From: Cyanidioschyzon merolae
Lineage: Eukaryota
DNA: 64,000 nucleotides
NCBI GenBank assembly: GCA_000091205.1
Contig: AP006490.2
Direction: 5' to 3' (one strand)
In this document: in pieces, positions 1 to 13,859 of the stretch
Numbering within the stretch: position 1 is the stretch's first letter
How the letters are laid out: the number at the start of each line of letters is the position of its first letter
Notes under the pieces: model-generated
The model's database searches: none
Seen by the model: only the letters and a program-made list of their open reading frames with translations
What the model was told of the DNA's origin: nothing
Program-made: the position numbers and the translations under genes

Positions 1-1699
1 AGGATGAGACACTGCTTCTCCGTCATAAAAGCTCCAAAGGAATGATCCGTTTTCCCGTTAGTGCGGGCGACTTGCTAACCAACGGCTGTGACCGCAGCGC
101 CAATCTGCATTGCGCTCGGCATTACTGGATCTCATGCGCAGCCCAGGATTCCGCATCTCGACGAGATGGATTTTTCCATCAACGCAGAGTTTTTGATGTA
201 TTTTTTTCAGTACATGGTCTCCCGAACGCAACAATGGTGCGTGACGGACTATGGTGTCGTACCCAAACTTCTGCACTCGCATCCAACAAAGGAAAATGTA
301 TTGCTGCAGTTATTGCGTTTCCGAACGGTGCGGGTGGCAGAAGATCGACGCGTGTTTGCTGTACAATTGAGTCGCTGAAAGGCTGAGTGCTCATTTGATC
401 AACAGTATTATCGATTATCCCGGAGAAATTGCGTGAAAATTCTGGAAATGTGTGAGTTCAGGGGCCTTAACGGAACCCTAACGAGAAAAATGCATCAAGG
501 TTACGTTCCAATTAGCGCTGCTTGGTGCAAGAGCGCTCTAGCCCGAAAATGTCAATGAGCCAACTAGATGTCTCGCAGTCTGGTGTCTAATACCGGCTCA
601 ATTCTCTGTCCAGTTTTCGCACGTCGGGCGCAGAAGCCGGTGCAGCAAAAGCTGCCCCATTCTACGCCATGGGAATATATTACTTTTGCAGTTACTATGA
701 ACACACTGGCTCGAGACGCATGAGCATTCGTGGAAACTGCTCAGAACCCCCGAATGAGACAAATTTTTCTAGTTCTGCAGATGCTCCGAACGACTCGTAA
801 AATGCCCTCGCTTGCGGTGCTCAAATCGAGTGGAGACATGCTGCCGACGGATAAAAAAATGGTCAAGGCCATTGATCCAATGTACCCCTAGTGGACCTGC
901 ATGCTTGTTTCGTACGAATCCATACAATAAACTAATAACGTGATTGTGCCCCGATCGAGAGCCATAATCAGAGGGAATGGCGATATTCCCCCAGATAGTA
1001 CCAACTTCCATGTAGAAGCAAAAGCAATGCCCACATACGAGTATGGTTTTGCGATTCGCAAGATTTCGAACCTAGCAGTGAGCGACCTATGCATGTAATT
1101 TCGAGTCAGCCGAATCTGTATCATTGCCATGAACTAGTTATGATGTGTTTACATAGGTAGCTTATTCGTGTAGATCGGGAATCGCGAAGCGTTCTAGACG
1201 ACAAATAGTTTGTATAGGCTCGTGCTCTACAGAGCTGAACAGGTCTATGAAGTCTATTATGGGTCATCTGAGCAGGTTATGAAAAGGCGTATGAAAGGTG
1301 CCTTGCGAAAAGGGTCCGGTGGTGCGGAGATGGTTAAGGACTTTGCTGCTGGAACGTTTAGGGCCACTACACGAAAGCTTCGTGGATTGTACCTACTGGT
1401 ATTCTTCGCCTGGTTTCGCATCATGCCTATACGACAAGCAATACGTAATTTATAACAGAAAAGTAAATTGAATTGAGCTCATTTGCTGAAAACCTTTCTA
1501 TGAAGAATACTATGTGGTTTCAGATGACAACGTTGAAGCGGTCGCTGTAAACAAAATAAGGCCTTTGTTAGAACGACGACTCTTGGTATCTGTTAATGAG
1601 GTACCACCTTTCAAACTCTGAGCGGTTTCGCTTATCATGCTCTCAAAAGCATTTAAGGTGGGTGCCGGCATTGACATCGTCTGTGTGAATATTTGCATT

Positions 1700-2225
1700 T
1701 TTCGTTGGACATAAAGGCGGCGGTCAATGATACAGACTGCTTCACAACTGTGGAGGGCAAATATGTCTCCCTACCCGCAGACCCGTCTCGCTCTTTTTCA
1801 ACCGGCGTCTTGCTATTGTTTTCAGCTTCTCCTTTTAACCTTCGAGTCTGGGAGACTGTCCGACAAAGTTGTCTCGCGTCAGCTCCTCGGGGCCCGACTT
1901 CAGCAGTATACATCGTCGGCTATTGATGGAGGCTTGAAGACTTAGTCCACGAATTCTATGCGTTCACTGCCTCAGGTGGAACTCATCTATGCAAGGATTG
2001 CTCGAACTCGAGCTCACTTTGCCGCCGCGGCCTCGTTATTGTCCAGTCGGGCAAGCCCTCTTTCACGACTTTCTCTCCCGTACTACTTCGTCGTCGTCAC
2101 TCATTCGTCTTCGCTCGATGGTTGGCAAGAAGAGGATTTTCGTCTTTTTCCTAGTCGCACGCGATGACGGCACTCCAGGATCTCAGACTTCCATTCCGAG
2201 AACATTCCCTTGGGTTTTTTGTTTT
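1700..2225 (-). mobile_element. short (~0.5 kb) 3'-terminal derivative of the Fanzor/TnpB-like element family (sense on minus strand)
   Basis: Translations 1958..2167(+) and 1989..2228(+) parallel antisense frames of the 13.9-14.4 kb copy (LPQVELIYARIARTR / LPLVELINARIARTR). Minus-strand frames resemble the element 3' region (…TPVEKERDGSAGRETYL ~ …RPVKKDREVSACGY). Ends are approximate. Confidence 0.4.
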
Positions 2226-4430
2226 TGAAAATGAAATCACTTCGAACAAGTATGCTATAAACCTCGAGAAAGCATTTGATTATGCTCACCAGGGGGTGGG
2301 ACACAATTGAGGTGGAGGAATAAAATCCCTTCGTGGACGAATATCCGCTAACGGTTAGAGCTAGAATAAGAAAACCAATACGGAATTGAAGCCGTAAATG
2401 CCAGTGCATACTCTCCGATTCTCCACGCTTGATCCGCTTTTTCGCCATATGGAAACGCTCCGAGCATATGAGAAAAAATTGCTTTGCGAATGGCCATATC
2501 GAAAACGTTCCGAGAAAGCGTATCTCCTCAGGCGCTTAAACAGTTGTCTGAGAGCGTAAGACTACCACATCATCCCATTTATGCAAGTACACTACAATGG
2601 GAAGCTTTTTACAGCATTCCGGTAGCTGTCTCGCCTTGGATGGTATAAAAATGAGCAGTCGAATGTACGTGCTTCATCAACGGCAAGTACGCTTTGGAAT
2701 CGATAAAATATATAGCAAGTAAATTCTGAGACTTCTTTATCGAAAAGTCGACAACCCGTTTTTCATTCTCGAATATACGATTCATTGGGTGTTTGCTTCT
2801 GCGAAGATATGAGCCGATTAAAATGCACTCTTCCAGGGAACTAAGGAAGATGGAGAAACCCAATCAGCGGGCGACAGCTCGCGTTGGAGAATTCAAGACC
2901 AACTCAGAGGTTTTTCGCAGATCCACGTCACGACCAAGGCGCACTAAAAACAATTCTGAGAGCGGATTAAGAAATAAATGTTTCTCTTTGATGGAGTTTT
3001 TCTTGATCACTGAAATGCCGACCAGTGCCAAATAAAACATACTCCCGAAGGTGAATTCGTCAAAATTCGAATTCTAGCGGCAGGTACCGAAATATGAATC
3101 AGCGTTTTGGTGTGGTGCAAAACATATTTGTCTTTGGCTTCAAAGAAGAATTACCATGCCATGAAAGTGACCGTATTCAATACATCGGCCGCAGGCTCTC
3201 TTATTGGGCAGTCACCCGAGATAAGCGGAAGCGACGCGAGGTCGGCCGCACTGTAAGAGGTCCTGCGGATAAGCTCCGCCAGTTGCAATTAAATTTACCA
3301 GTAACTGGCTCGGCAACTTGAACGATCGATTTTTTCAACGAATAAAATGCTCGATTAAGCGATATATGCTGGTATCGAGTACTAATCGTTTATGGAGCGC
3401 ATCACAAAAAAGGATGCGAAACCGGTTACTATAGCAAAGAGATTACAGTCCGAAATATGCTTGAATACGCGCATGCTATTTGTATCAAAAATGAAAAATA
3501 GCTCTAGGATCTAGAGCGACACGGGACAGAATTCAGGAAAAAAGTAAAGCATTCCAGAGAGTTTCCCATTTTCAACTGAGAACCACCACCCAGAAAATCA
3601 TTCGCGTCAAGTCGATCTTAGGCTCTCGGAGGATCTCCTGTACCAATACTTACATAAATTTTGAAAAGCATTCTTCACGATCATTTCTTTCCATTAAATT
3701 TCAGGCTGTGAAGTAAATCCATACCCAGCTTTCTCTTGCCTCGACTTTTTCTGCGATACTACTCATCCACAGCCAAGAGATTAGTGAATACAGGACAGCA
3801 TTTCATCGAGTGGGGACGGAATGCATTCCAGCCAATGCAGAACAAGTTACTTCACGAGGATGCTTGAATTGTTACTCGCCGCTTGGCGGCAAAGTCCCTG
3901 GTAGGGTGTGTCTGCGCGTCCGAAGGCATCGGGTTTAAGAAATCGGGATCGGCCGCTACAAAACATCGCGCGTGCTCATCGAAATTCTATGTAAAAATTT
4001 GATTTAAAAATTCCCGGTGCCATAGCTTCGAGCAAACCCATACGATTTATTACCGCTAAACTGGTTCGATACAATGCCTTTGATTTAGAAATCATTTTAC
4101 GAAAAGGACGGCTTGTTCCCTGGGCTGCGGGCTTTGAATATTTCGCTGTTTTTTGGCAGAGTCGATTATCACATGCTGCCTGGATCACTGCATTTCGTAG
4201 GGGTGCTGGCTGGATGGCATCGTACTTTCTGTATTTAACCTGGATTGGAATAGCAGCGTGTTATTCACTTCGAAATGCTCGGGACGCTGACTTTTTTATG
4301 CACTCGTTAGCTGAACCACACGAGTTTTTAATCTTCCTCTTGCGCATATACTGGGAGTGCTGCATAAATTGGGGGACGTTCCGATCGCCCGCAAAGCGAC
4401 CAATTAATCAAATCCGTCTTGTGATTATTT

Positions 4431-5909
4431 ATGGCGCCGCTGCAAGAACTTTTGAAGTCGAGCGGCGAGTCCGCTAAGCGAATATCTGCTCACAGTCACG
4501 TGAAAGGTCTTGGGGTTGATTGTGAGACAGGAGTTGTGAGAGATGTCGAACAAGGCTCGGAGCAGTTTTGCGGACTTGTTGGACAGACTCCAGCGCGCGA
4601 GGCAGCCGCTTTGGTCGTGGACTTGATCAAACTCAAGAAGATGGCTGGACGTGCCGTGCTGCTCGCAGGGCCGCCTTGTACGGGGAAAACGGCTATCGCC
4701 CTTGCCATTTCACGGGAGCTTGGGAGAAGGGTTCCCTTCTGTGTTCTGAACGGCGCGGAAGTGTATTCCTCCGAGGTGAAAAAAACGGAAATTTTGACGA
4801 GCCACTTTCGAAGAGCGATTGGCGTGAGGGTCAAAGAAATAAAAGAAGTCTACGAGGGCGAAGTGACGGAGCTGGCGGCAGAGGAGTCTCCAGTTCCTGA
4901 CCCAGCGAGTGGTTATTCACGCTCAATATCGCGGGTCGTAATTGGCTTGAAGACCACGAAGGGCACGAAAACGCTGCGGCTTGATCCGAGTGTACACGAA
5001 GCCATTTTACGTGAGCGTGTTGAGGTTGGTGATGTTATCTATATAGAGGCATCGTCGGGTACTGTGAAGAGGGTCGGTCGCTGCGAGGCCTATGCCTCTG
5101 AGTTCGACATAGAGGCTGATGAGTACGTGCCGCTTCCGAAAGGAGACGTACACAGACGCCGTGAGGTCGTGCAGGACCTCACGCTGCATGACTTTGACGT
5201 CGCGAACTCCAGACCAACTCAAACTTTTTCAGAAGATAACGACGTTATCGCTGTGCTCAATAATCTAAGTCGGCCGAAGAAGACCGAGATAACCGACAAA
5301 CTTCGGAACGAAATTAACCAGTTGGTGAGCCAGCTCGTTGATCAGGGAAAAGCGGAAGTCATACCTGGTGTCCTGTTCATCGACGAGGTGCACATGCTGG
5401 ACATTGAGTGCTTCACGTTTCTGAATCGCGCTCTAGAGAGCAATTTAGCACCCATTGTGATTTTTAGCACGAATCGTGGAATATGCACTGTCCGTGGCAC
5501 AGACATGCAAAGCCCGCATGGGATTCCCTACGACCTATTGGACAGATGCATGATTATTCGAACTGAGCCATATTCGAAGAACCAAATTCAGCGCATTCTT
5601 TCTATTCGTGCCAAAATAGAGTCCATTTCCGTCCGCACTCTTGAGCCATTAGCATGCGAGAATGAGAACGGTGAAGAAGGGGAAAGTTCCGCTATTCCTG
5701 ATGATGCTCTACACATTCTAGCAACTGTTGCTGAAAGGACATCGCTGCGATACGCATGTAATATCCTTACACCCTCTTACATACTAGCGAAGGTTGCGGG
5801 TAGAGACCAAGTAACTGCTCAGGATATTCACGAGGCGAATGCATTGTTCTTAGATGCGAAATCATCAGCAAAGTTTGTAATGGATAGATCGGAGAATTAC
5901 TTGTCATAA
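4431..5909 (+). CDS. RUVBL1: RuvB-like 1 AAA+ ATPase (Pontin/TIP49a/Rvb1 orthologue), 492 aa, uninterrupted
   Basis: ATG at 4431; similarity to RuvBL1 along the whole length (…[12 protein letters not shown]…, Walker A GPPCTGKT, Walker [11 protein letters not shown]-terminal …LRYxxQLLTP…); TAA stop at 5907-5909. Confidence 0.9.
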   Translation: MAPLQELLKSSGESAKRISAHSHVKGLGVDCETGVVRDVEQGSEQFCGLVGQTPAREAAALVVDLIKLKKMAGRAVLLAGPPCTGKTAIALAISRELGRRVPFCVLNGAEVYSSEVKKTEILTSHFRRAIGVRVKEIKEVYEGEVTELAAEESPVPDPASGYSRSISRVVIGLKTTKGTKTLRLDPSVHEAILRERVEVGDVIYIEASSGTVKRVGRCEAYASEFDIEADEYVPLPKGDVHRRREVVQDLTLHDFDVANSRPTQTFSEDNDVIAVLNNLSRPKKTEITDKLRNEINQLVSQLVDQGKAEVIPGVLFIDEVHMLDIECFTFLNRALESNLAPIVIFSTNRGICTVRGTDMQSPHGIPYDLLDRCMIIRTEPYSKNQIQRILSIRAKIESISVRTLEPLACENENGEEGESSAIPDDALHILATVAERTSLRYACNILTPSYILAKVAGRDQVTAQDIHEANALFLDAKSSAKFVMDRSENYLS

Positions 5910-7837
5910 AATGAATCTTCGATCCCCCGATCTTTGATTGTTACCAATAGTTCTCGTTTGCCTCTTGCGGTAGACAAGGACCATATTCCAAGATCCCTCA
6001 GTCGACGTATTGCCCTTTGGACCCGAGATTCTAAATTGTACAGAATCCTGTCCATGCACAGAAGAAATTTTTGGAGAAGCGTCTGTTCAGGTGGCAGGTT
6101 CCTACTGATAGTATCAATAACTGTCGGGTTCGATCTGGGAACGCCCACATCTAGATGATTCAAGCTAAGGCGGTGCGCCGATTCAACCTTGCCGCCGGAG
6201 GCATAGGCATAGATCTCGTACTTTCCATCAGAATACATATGCCCAGTTGGTTTCATCGCGCGCCCGGACGGAAATGCAACAGAATGCCGCCAAAGGCGAA
6301 CATGGTTTCGAACGTGGTTTTTCAAATACCCAAAGCGTCGTATCCTGTATACGTGAGGAGTACTCGTCCGAGCGGAAGAGGCAGGAATATTCACAACAGA
6401 ATCCATTTGGCGGCTGTCATCTGCTGCATCGAGCTGGAAACCCCCGTCTGTGTCCCTTGCAATCGAGGATGCTCTCTGGTTCGCCTGTAGAGGTTGATTG
6501 ATCAGCTCTCGCCTTATTCTGGTTCTCGACAATGCCCACGTGGGATCGAGAGGAAGCCTCCGACGGTGAAACCAGTCCATAATATGCGAGTGATAGCGAA
6601 GAAGTACCCGAGTATCGTTGCTCTTTGTCACCAAGTGTGAGTTTCGCGTTTCCCGTGTACGTCGTCCAGATGGAAGCAAGAACTTTGTAGTATCAGTGTT
6701 CTTGCTAATCGTAATAGAAAGCGCGGCAGTACTGAGCCCAACAACGCCGGCGTTGACTGCGTCCATTCCGAGAAAAAGAAAAAACAGGGTGCTTAGAGCG
6801 ATAGCAACTGGTACAGCTGTAATCTGGCCTCGAGTCGTTGACGGTAAAACGCGATACGTATTAAACAGCCGCGCATCTGCGTAAGTCTTTCGCCCCGATG
6901 AGTGTACGTGCAGTGATAATCGCTTACGAGACAAACCCGTAAATGCTCCAGTTGTAGACTGTAATTGTCGAAACCACATTGAGAAGCGGCTAGCAGCAGA
7001 GATGAGCCCCGAAGCTGGCTCCAGAGCCTCATCGTGCACAATCAGGTTACTGTTTTCCGATGGAAGGTGGCCCCGAATCGACCCTAGAAGTTCGCGATGA
7101 CCTGCTACATGAACGAGATGTTTCCAGGATATTTTGATATTCAAATTCGATGGATCGAGTCGCTTGAAAAAGAATCTGGAAGCCCACGCAGCGTAGCGCA
7201 CTAGTCCATTCATTTGCGATAAACGAGGAGAGTCGAGGTTCTCTCCGGAGACTTCGACTGCACTTTGTGCTCCATAGGTAGTTCCGGACTTTCTCCATGA
7301 AAGCAAATGATAAAAGTGACGTAGACTGGGCCCTAGTCGCTTCGAGTCACTTCTTGCAAGCTTAAACGAGAAAGTTAAAGATCGAGCGACGAGCGTCGCA
7401 CTACTGAGCGCAACTCGCAGCCATCTAGCCACACAAGCACTGTCGTTCACTGCACGCTCTTTTGTATGATTGTATATTGCCGACAACGCTCGGAAAGAAG
7501 CGCTTTGGCCAAAGCTTTTCTCTCGAGCGGAGCCTATCTGCTTCGAATCGTTTGCCCTTGTTGGACGAAAAGGTTCGCCCTGCTTTTTCCAGCTGTGCCC
7601 GTCATCTCTCTCAAGTGCGCACCAACTCTTCCATGCGGGTTGTTTTCGATTGCTTAGCCCTGTAGTCCCAAGTTTTCTGGCATGCCTCCGTGAAAGATCA
7701 GGTCCACCGGACGTTCCGACAAAGAGCACGGCTGCCGGTGTAGTTTTTGTCCGAACTGTCTCTCGTCGTAAGTTGGTGCGTTCAACTGGAGGAACTTTGT
7801 TCCTTCGGAACTCACCCTGGACTCCGTTGCCAGTCAT
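5897..7837 (-). CDS. hypothetical protein, 646 aa from first ATG (track ORF opens with TTG at 7855); Arg/Ser-rich, one hydrophobic segment (…[28 protein letters not shown]…)
   Basis: A 1.9-kb stop-free frame is very unlikely by chance at about 50% GC. I recognise no domain. Its 3' end overlaps the RUVBL1 stop region by 13 nt. Confidence 0.35.
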   Translation of the reverse strand: MTGNGVQGEFRRNKVPPVERTNLRRETVRTKTTPAAVLFVGTSGGPDLSRRHARKLGTTGLSNRKQPAWKSWCALERDDGHSWKKQGEPFRPTRANDSKQIGSAREKSFGQSASFRALSAIYNHTKERAVNDSACVARWLRVALSSATLVARSLTFSFKLARSDSKRLGPSLRHFYHLLSWRKSGTTYGAQSAVEVSGENLDSPRLSQMNGLVRYAAWASRFFFKRLDPSNLNIKISWKHLVHVAGHRELLGSIRGHLPSENSNLIVHDEALEPASGLISAASRFSMWFRQLQSTTGAFTGLSRKRLSLHVHSSGRKTYADARLFNTYRVLPSTTRGQITAVPVAIALSTLFFLFLGMDAVNAGVVGLSTAALSITISKNTDTTKFLLPSGRRTRETRNSHLVTKSNDTRVLLRYHSHIMDWFHRRRLPLDPTWALSRTRIRRELINQPLQANQRASSIARDTDGGFQLDAADDSRQMDSVVNIPASSARTSTPHVYRIRRFGYLKNHVRNHVRLWRHSVAFPSGRAMKPTGHMYSDGKYEIYAYASGGKVESAHRLSLNHLDVGVPRSNPTVIDTISRNLPPEQTLLQKFLLCMDRILYNLESRVQRAIRRLRDLGIWSLSTARGKRELLVTIKDRGIEDSFYDK

Positions 7838-8831
7838 ATGCTCCCGAACTGCCAAAACACAACAGTATTCATTTCAACGTTGCCCTGAGAACACAACCTT
7901 TATGAATGAACTTTCGCTGTCGCGCTACGATCATGTTGCCGCGCACACACCTCGCGACGAGTCGATCGCGGTCGAGACGAACCGGAAAAAGTTCCTGCAG
8001 ACGTCAGTGCGGATGTTCTGTGATGGAACGCTGTCTCTGGTCGGCGACCATAGAGATGCATCCGGTATCACCACAGGCTGGTCCCCGGCATTGTATTGTT
8101 TGCATCTTGGCGAAAACTGGATATATTCATTGCCCTTATACCATGAAAAAAATCATCATTAGCGCTCGCGCTAGTCTCGATTCCCAGAAGCCAGCTGGAT
8201 CGGCCCGAGAGACTTCATCGCTTTAACAACATGGAATAATCATCGCAGGCCCGCGCCGTGGATCTCGCACCTAGGATACCTTTGGACGAGTCATCCGTCT
8301 CTTATAGACTGGATGAGGGCTCTGGATGCAGGGAAGGGCGATCTCTATCGTAATTGCTAGCTGTACAAGCGCAGCTACAGGATGATGGTTAGGCTCATCG
8401 ATCTTCCACTATGCGAAAGCGCTATTTGGTGGCACAAGAGACTGCAAATTTATATTTTACGTTCATAGCGTGGCATCAATGCATCTAATCTGCATTTTCT
8501 CTGGCAAGGACAAGGGAGAAAAATTTCGGTTGTACGAGTCACTCAAATAGAACGCAGGCCCGAGCTTGTATGTACGTCGCTGGACCTAGATAAGTGGCAG
8601 CCCATCCAGTGCCATCCTGCCTGAACTTTGCTTCAAATGCCCGCACTTCGAGTGCTGCCCAGTAACCGATATTGCCCCAGGGCAGCAATCCTGATGGATT
8701 AGATCTAATTCAGAGACAGCGCCGAGCGCATCGCAACGCACATCTTGTGGAGGCAGGACGGCCCCAGCATTTGGAGGTGTCCGATCGTATACGACGTGTA
8801 AAATTTTGTCGCTGCGAACGAGCGTAGCAGC

Positions 8832-10112
8832 ATGAAGCGTCCGGTGTCTCGAAGTTGTGCGTTCGCGACGCCATTGCGAGTAGTTTGTGTGAGACACGGT
8901 TTGAGTTTGACTCACAGAGAAGGGTCGTATGGCTGCAGAGGACCCGCTCGGTTCTCAGTGCGCGTGGCGACGAGTATGTCGCTGGACCCTGGCATCGTTC
9001 ACAAGCTACAGTCGACACAGGCGGCCTACGATGATTTGACGAAAAGTCTCTCCGATACTGCCGTTTGCGCTGATGCGGGGGAGCTTGCCCGGTTAATGAA
9101 GGCACGTGCGAAACTGGAGCCTATCTGTGAAGCGTACGGTGAGTGGAAAAGGCTGCAGGAAACTATCGCTTCGCTCTCGGAACTTTTAGAGGACGAGGAG
9201 CTTCGGGAGCTCGCGCGTTCCGAAATGCAGGAGGCAACGTCAAAGCTGGAGGAGACTGAAGAACGGATACGATTTTTGCTCTTACCCCAGGATCCGAATG
9301 ATGAGAAAAATATCATGTTAGAAATACGAGCGGGCACTGGCGGTGATGAGGCGTCCCTCTGGTGCGGTGACCTTGTGAACCTCTACACGCGTTATGCACA
9401 GTCGAAAAAGTGGTCGGTAAAGCTAGTTTCGGCAAGCGCTGCAGACGTAGGAGGTTACAAGGAGTGCATTTTGGAGATTTCTGGAGACAATGTGTACTCT
9501 CGTCTCAAGTTTGAGGCTGGCGTCCATCGAGTCCAACGTGTACCGGCCACAGAAACAATGGGTCGCGTTCACACGTCGACTGCCACAGTCGCTGTTATGC
9601 CTCAAGTGGATGAGATCGAGGTCAAAATAGACCCGAAAGATTTGGAGATTCAAACAGCGCGTTCCGGTGGTGCTGGTGGCCAGAACGTGAATAAGGTCGA
9701 GACTGCTGTTGATTTGTATCACAAACCTAGCGGAATTCGCGTTTTCTGTACCGAGGAAAGAAGTCAGCAGAAAAACCGAGAACGTGCGCTGCAGATTTTA
9801 CGAGCAAAACTTTATGAAATTCAGCTCAACGAACAGCGGGAAAAGATTGAGGGCTTGCGAAGATCCCAGGTGGGCACTGGTTCCCGCAGCGAGAAGATTC
9901 GTACCTACAATTACAAGGACGCTCGAGTAACAGATCATCGCCTTTCGCAGAATTTTTCGCTCGAGAATTTTCTGCAGGGTAAGCTCGATGAAATCATTGA
10001 TGCCCTCATTTTCGAAGACCAGCAGAGACGCATCGAGAGCATGATGATTGATCCGGGCCCTGCAGCAGCAGATACAGACATGATGCGGAGCTCGAATGCC
10101 GTGCGTCGCTAA
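8832..10112 (+). CDS. peptide chain release factor 1, mitochondrial type (PCRF + RF-1 domains), 426 aa with N-terminal extension
   Basis: ATG at 8832; GGQ motif in …[17 protein letters not shown]…, conserved …[10 protein letters not shown]…GRVHTS… block; TAA stop. Confidence 0.85.
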   Translation: MKRPVSRSCAFATPLRVVCVRHGLSLTHREGSYGCRGPARFSVRVATSMSLDPGIVHKLQSTQAAYDDLTKSLSDTAVCADAGELARLMKARAKLEPICEAYGEWKRLQETIASLSELLEDEELRELARSEMQEATSKLEETEERIRFLLLPQDPNDEKNIMLEIRAGTGGDEASLWCGDLVNLYTRYAQSKKWSVKLVSASAADVGGYKECILEISGDNVYSRLKFEAGVHRVQRVPATETMGRVHTSTATVAVMPQVDEIEVKIDPKDLEIQTARSGGAGGQNVNKVETAVDLYHKPSGIRVFCTEERSQQKNRERALQILRAKLYEIQLNEQREKIEGLRRSQVGTGSRSEKIRTYNYKDARVTDHRLSQNFSLENFLQGKLDEIIDALIFEDQQRRIESMMIDPGPAAADTDMMRSSNAVRR

Positions 10113-11547
10113 AACCTAATCGTAAAAGAGATGCACGAAACGATTGCAAAGCCACCCAACGGTGCTATGGCACAGCAGCCTCTCCGTGGCACGACCTTCG
10201 GAGCCGGATCACTGAAAGTGACGAGGAACGATCACAAGTGTTACCGTTTGAAACTAAATACGAGCCTCTTGGCTTTCCGGGACCGACCAGAGAAGATGAA
10301 TTCTGACGAAAACCCAGTATTGGAGGAGCGGCGCACTCAGAACAAGACTTTGCAGTGGCATCTGCGATTCGGAGTGCGTATCCATGTGCCCTACATATGA
10401 ACACGAGTGACGCGAGCCATATCTTTTCATAGTTTTGACCAAGGGCGCCGACAAGAGGTTGTAGAGAGAGAAAGAGAACGAGCGCATGGCAGAGCTTTGC
10501 ATAGAAACAGCGGCGGCAAAGGCCAGTCCTCGAACTGGTGGGCCCTGCAGTTGTGCCCGCCCGTGAGCAGCGAGCATTCTAATAGGGGAAGAACGAGGAG
10601 AAACTAACCGCTAACTAGCAACTCGATAACAGTGCTGTTTGACATTGATAGTAAGCGTTGAAAAGGGGAAAGTTTCCGTATCTTCGAAAGCTTACCCTAT
10701 AGGCGGAAGGTCCCGCTAGCCGGACGAGTCTCCAAGGATCGTGCTTTATGCTCCTCCAAGTGGAAGGTGCTGTATTGAAATCTGAGCGGATCGTCCGCAA
10801 CGCAATTCATTCTGGGACTAGGAGCGCGTATGCTGCGTCTGGGCGTCGCCTTGGTCGCAGTGGGCTCTTTGTAGATCGGTTCGCGCTATCGCAGGCTCCC
10901 AGAATAATTATGTACTCCGACGTCGTGTCGGATGAATTACGCCTCGAGCCGACGCCCTCAGTGGAATGGCAATGCCGTCCTGTATCCGTGCAGCATCTGC
11001 TTCAGCGGGATAAGCGCAACGGCGGGTGCTCACGGCAGGCAGTCGTCGCAGGACAGAACGTGCGAGACGACCAGTATATCCGAGAGGAAATATCGGTAAT
11101 GGAACTTGAATGTAAGTGCTTCATGATGCACGCCTTCCCGGAAGCCAGTCTCCGTTCCGAATTCTGGGATCCATCGTAAATGTAAACTTTTTGTCATCTG
11201 CAAAAATCTGCGATTCGGAAGCATCGTCAATAATGGACGCTTCTTTTGCTAGTGTCCTGGGTAGATAGCATCGTCGCTCTCTGAGCATGGCGGTTTTGAT
11301 GTGGTACAGACTGTCGCTATGGCGCTGTGTGCCTGCCTGGATCGCCTCTGTTTCATTCAGCGACAGTACGTCTTTGAGTCCTTGTTCGCGTGCCACTGCG
11401 GGCTTGCGTGAAAGACTGAATATGCGTTTTCCTTATGTTTTCATAGGAACGCGCCCACTGTCTTTTTCTTGAGCGCTTGGAAGACTTGCTACACTTGTTG
11501 CAAAAGAGGGAACACTGTTTCGGCAAACCGGGGAAAACTTGCTGGTT

Positions 11548-12471
11548 ATGCCCACACAGCGCAGGGACCTCGAAGTGCAGCGATCCTATGTTTTTTTCAC
11601 AGAGCTTATTTCGCATGCAGAACTATATTCACCACCTCTGGAGGTTACCAAAGCGCAAACTTTGATTTCTGCCGTTCAAGATATCCTGCACAACGTTCGC
11701 GCTGGTGATTCAACGCTCGCCGCAATACTTTGGAAAACAATACCGGTCCACAGTCGCTTGTCGGGAGCGGCGCACTTGAACGCTTTATCAGGTCTGGCTG
11801 CGATCCTTTCAACGATACACTTATCTTCGATAGCTCACAGCTCGCACTTGGTTCGCTCCTGTTTTAGGCGAACTATTCGAGAGCTCGAATCATTTGGGCC
11901 GAAGAGCCTAAACCGTGGAAGTAAGCTCTACTCAGCAATAATTCTTTTCGGCATGCTTATTCACGAGCGAGTGATCAGCGCTGAGGCGCTGCTGGTTTTG
12001 TGGCAACATCTACGGGAATGCTTTGTTCGGATACTGGGTGCGGGACTGAGTTCCCCGCAGGAAGCGATGGACTTGGACGCCGCTGACTGGACGCTACATG
12101 CTGCCCTGGATATTGCATATATAACTGGCGATATTCTTGCAAAAGAGGAACCTGGGTCCAAAATTTACACTGGCCTATGTCTATTCAAGGAGCGCCTTCG
12201 GCGCGCAATATGGGAGGGCGTTCTAGAGCATCACGCACAACCGTGCCGTATGTGCCACATATCCTCCGAGCGCAGCCTTGCGGAACGAGCGGTAATCTTT
12301 GTCGAGGCTTTGGATCGAAACGGTGCTGGAGTTCTCCAACGGAATGCGCATCGGGCATCCACGGATCTGCTTAAAGAGATATGTATGCCCCCTGAGCTCA
12401 AACAAGGTGTCCACCGTTATCCATGCATCTCATTACCCGCATTTCAGAATAGAAGGGAACGGGTCTTGTAA
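11548..12471 (+). CDS. hypothetical protein (307 aa from first ATG; the track ORF starts with TTG at 11539)
   Basis: long ORF, no recognisable domain. Confidence 0.3.
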   Translation: MPTQRRDLEVQRSYVFFTELISHAELYSPPLEVTKAQTLISAVQDILHNVRAGDSTLAAILWKTIPVHSRLSGAAHLNALSGLAAILSTIHLSSIAHSSHLVRSCFRRTIRELESFGPKSLNRGSKLYSAIILFGMLIHERVISAEALLVLWQHLRECFVRILGAGLSSPQEAMDLDAADWTLHAALDIAYITGDILAKEEPGSKIYTGLCLFKERLRRAIWEGVLEHHAQPCRMCHISSERSLAERAVIFVEALDRNGAGVLQRNAHRASTDLLKEICMPPELKQGVHRYPCISLPAFQNRRERVL

Positions 12472-13859
12472 ATCGGGCTTACATGCTAAAATTTGGGCCT
12501 CTTCCGACTATCGTCGACTCTAGCGGTTGCGGGCTCTTCTTCCAACTGCGTCTTTCTCTTCTCTCATATCGCCCGCCATAAATGCGTCGATTTTTACTGT
12601 AACTCCAGCGCTGTTTTTGGCAGTCGAATGATCTTCACTTCAGGCTGAAGTTTCGATTTCACCGCTTGCGGTTGTCGTTTACCCATGGCGCGTACAGGCG
12701 ATAGTTGAGATCTGCGCTACGCTTGCGAATTTCATCTTATTCATATAAACCCTGTGTGTGGCCTTCACAGCTTTGACACTTGAATGCAATCAATAGTTTT
12801 CATGTATACACCACACTCCCCGTACCGCGGGCTGCCTTCTAGCAGAAGAACGCTCGCTTTATCGCCGGGTGCATGCCCGCGATGGCAAGAGAAGGTTCGC
12901 ATCGATGCTCTATTTCGTTTACGCTCCTGGTTCCGTACTCTAAGATCACAGCTTCGTCTAAACAATCCTGTTTGCAACTAATTTAACCGCTGCTCGTGCA
13001 AACGCATACTAATTCATTCGATAGGTCACTCCCTGCTTCCCATCACGTCCTTGATTGAGTTCTAGATTGGTTTGAACCATAGTCAAAAAGTTGGAGAGTA
13101 TGTTATCACCAATCCTCTGCTCATTGTTGTTTCCCGTGCAGTTGAGTACTTTTAAAATGCAACGTTACCAATTATGGAACAAGCATCGGAAGGAAGATCC
13201 AGGCTGGACATCAAGTCATGAAAAATTCCGTCCGTCTTAGCTATTCTCTTGCAAATCCGTAAGGCATGCTCCATTGGAAGCGCTTGCTGCGATGTTTGGA
13301 GTCCGGGCCCAATACCACTTTCCATGCAAGTAGAAGCGACGGAAGCTTCTGGGAACATGTACCCTAAGACGTACTGCGCTGCAGCGGAATATCGTTCTGT
13401 TACTAGCCGGAAAGGGAGAAGGAGCTGGCATTCGAAACGAGTCTCGTACATTACCAGAGGAGGTCTGGGAACTTTCTGAGTAAGATTTTGAAGATTTTAT
13501 CAAGGTCGATATCGACTGTTTTCCTCATCAATATTGCGGAGCGAATCGCTTTGCCTACGAGTCCCCTGAGGCCGAAAGATCGAAATTTTGAAGAATGCGT
13601 GATTTGTAATTGCTGAACATGAGCAATATAGAAGAGTGAGGCTTGTTGAGAGAGTTGGATAATGTTTTCGGTAATTTTGGGATCCCTTGTTCGTGGTCGT
13701 CGCGAAACATCTGGAGTCCGATGACTTGACAAATTCTGTCGGCAAAGTGTTGAAGGAGCCAACCTCAAAAGACAGCCGAGATTCTATAACGACGTATGAA
13801 TGCCAGAATCCTTCAAGTCTTTCACCTGAATTGCGTTCCAGCCTCAGGAGACTACAATC

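Noticed and set aside
7470-8162. 230-aa plus-strand ORF
   Set aside because: Starts with TTG, has no in-frame ATG until very late, and lies antisense to the 5' part of the 646-aa minus-strand ORF. Likely spurious.
11048-11082. About 30-nt sequence with a 17-nt exact core (gaccagtatatccgaga) shared with 59137-59172 on the opposite strand
   Set aside because: One occurrence is intergenic and the other is inside a coding region. A 17-mer match is within chance expectation for a 64-kb window compared on both strands.
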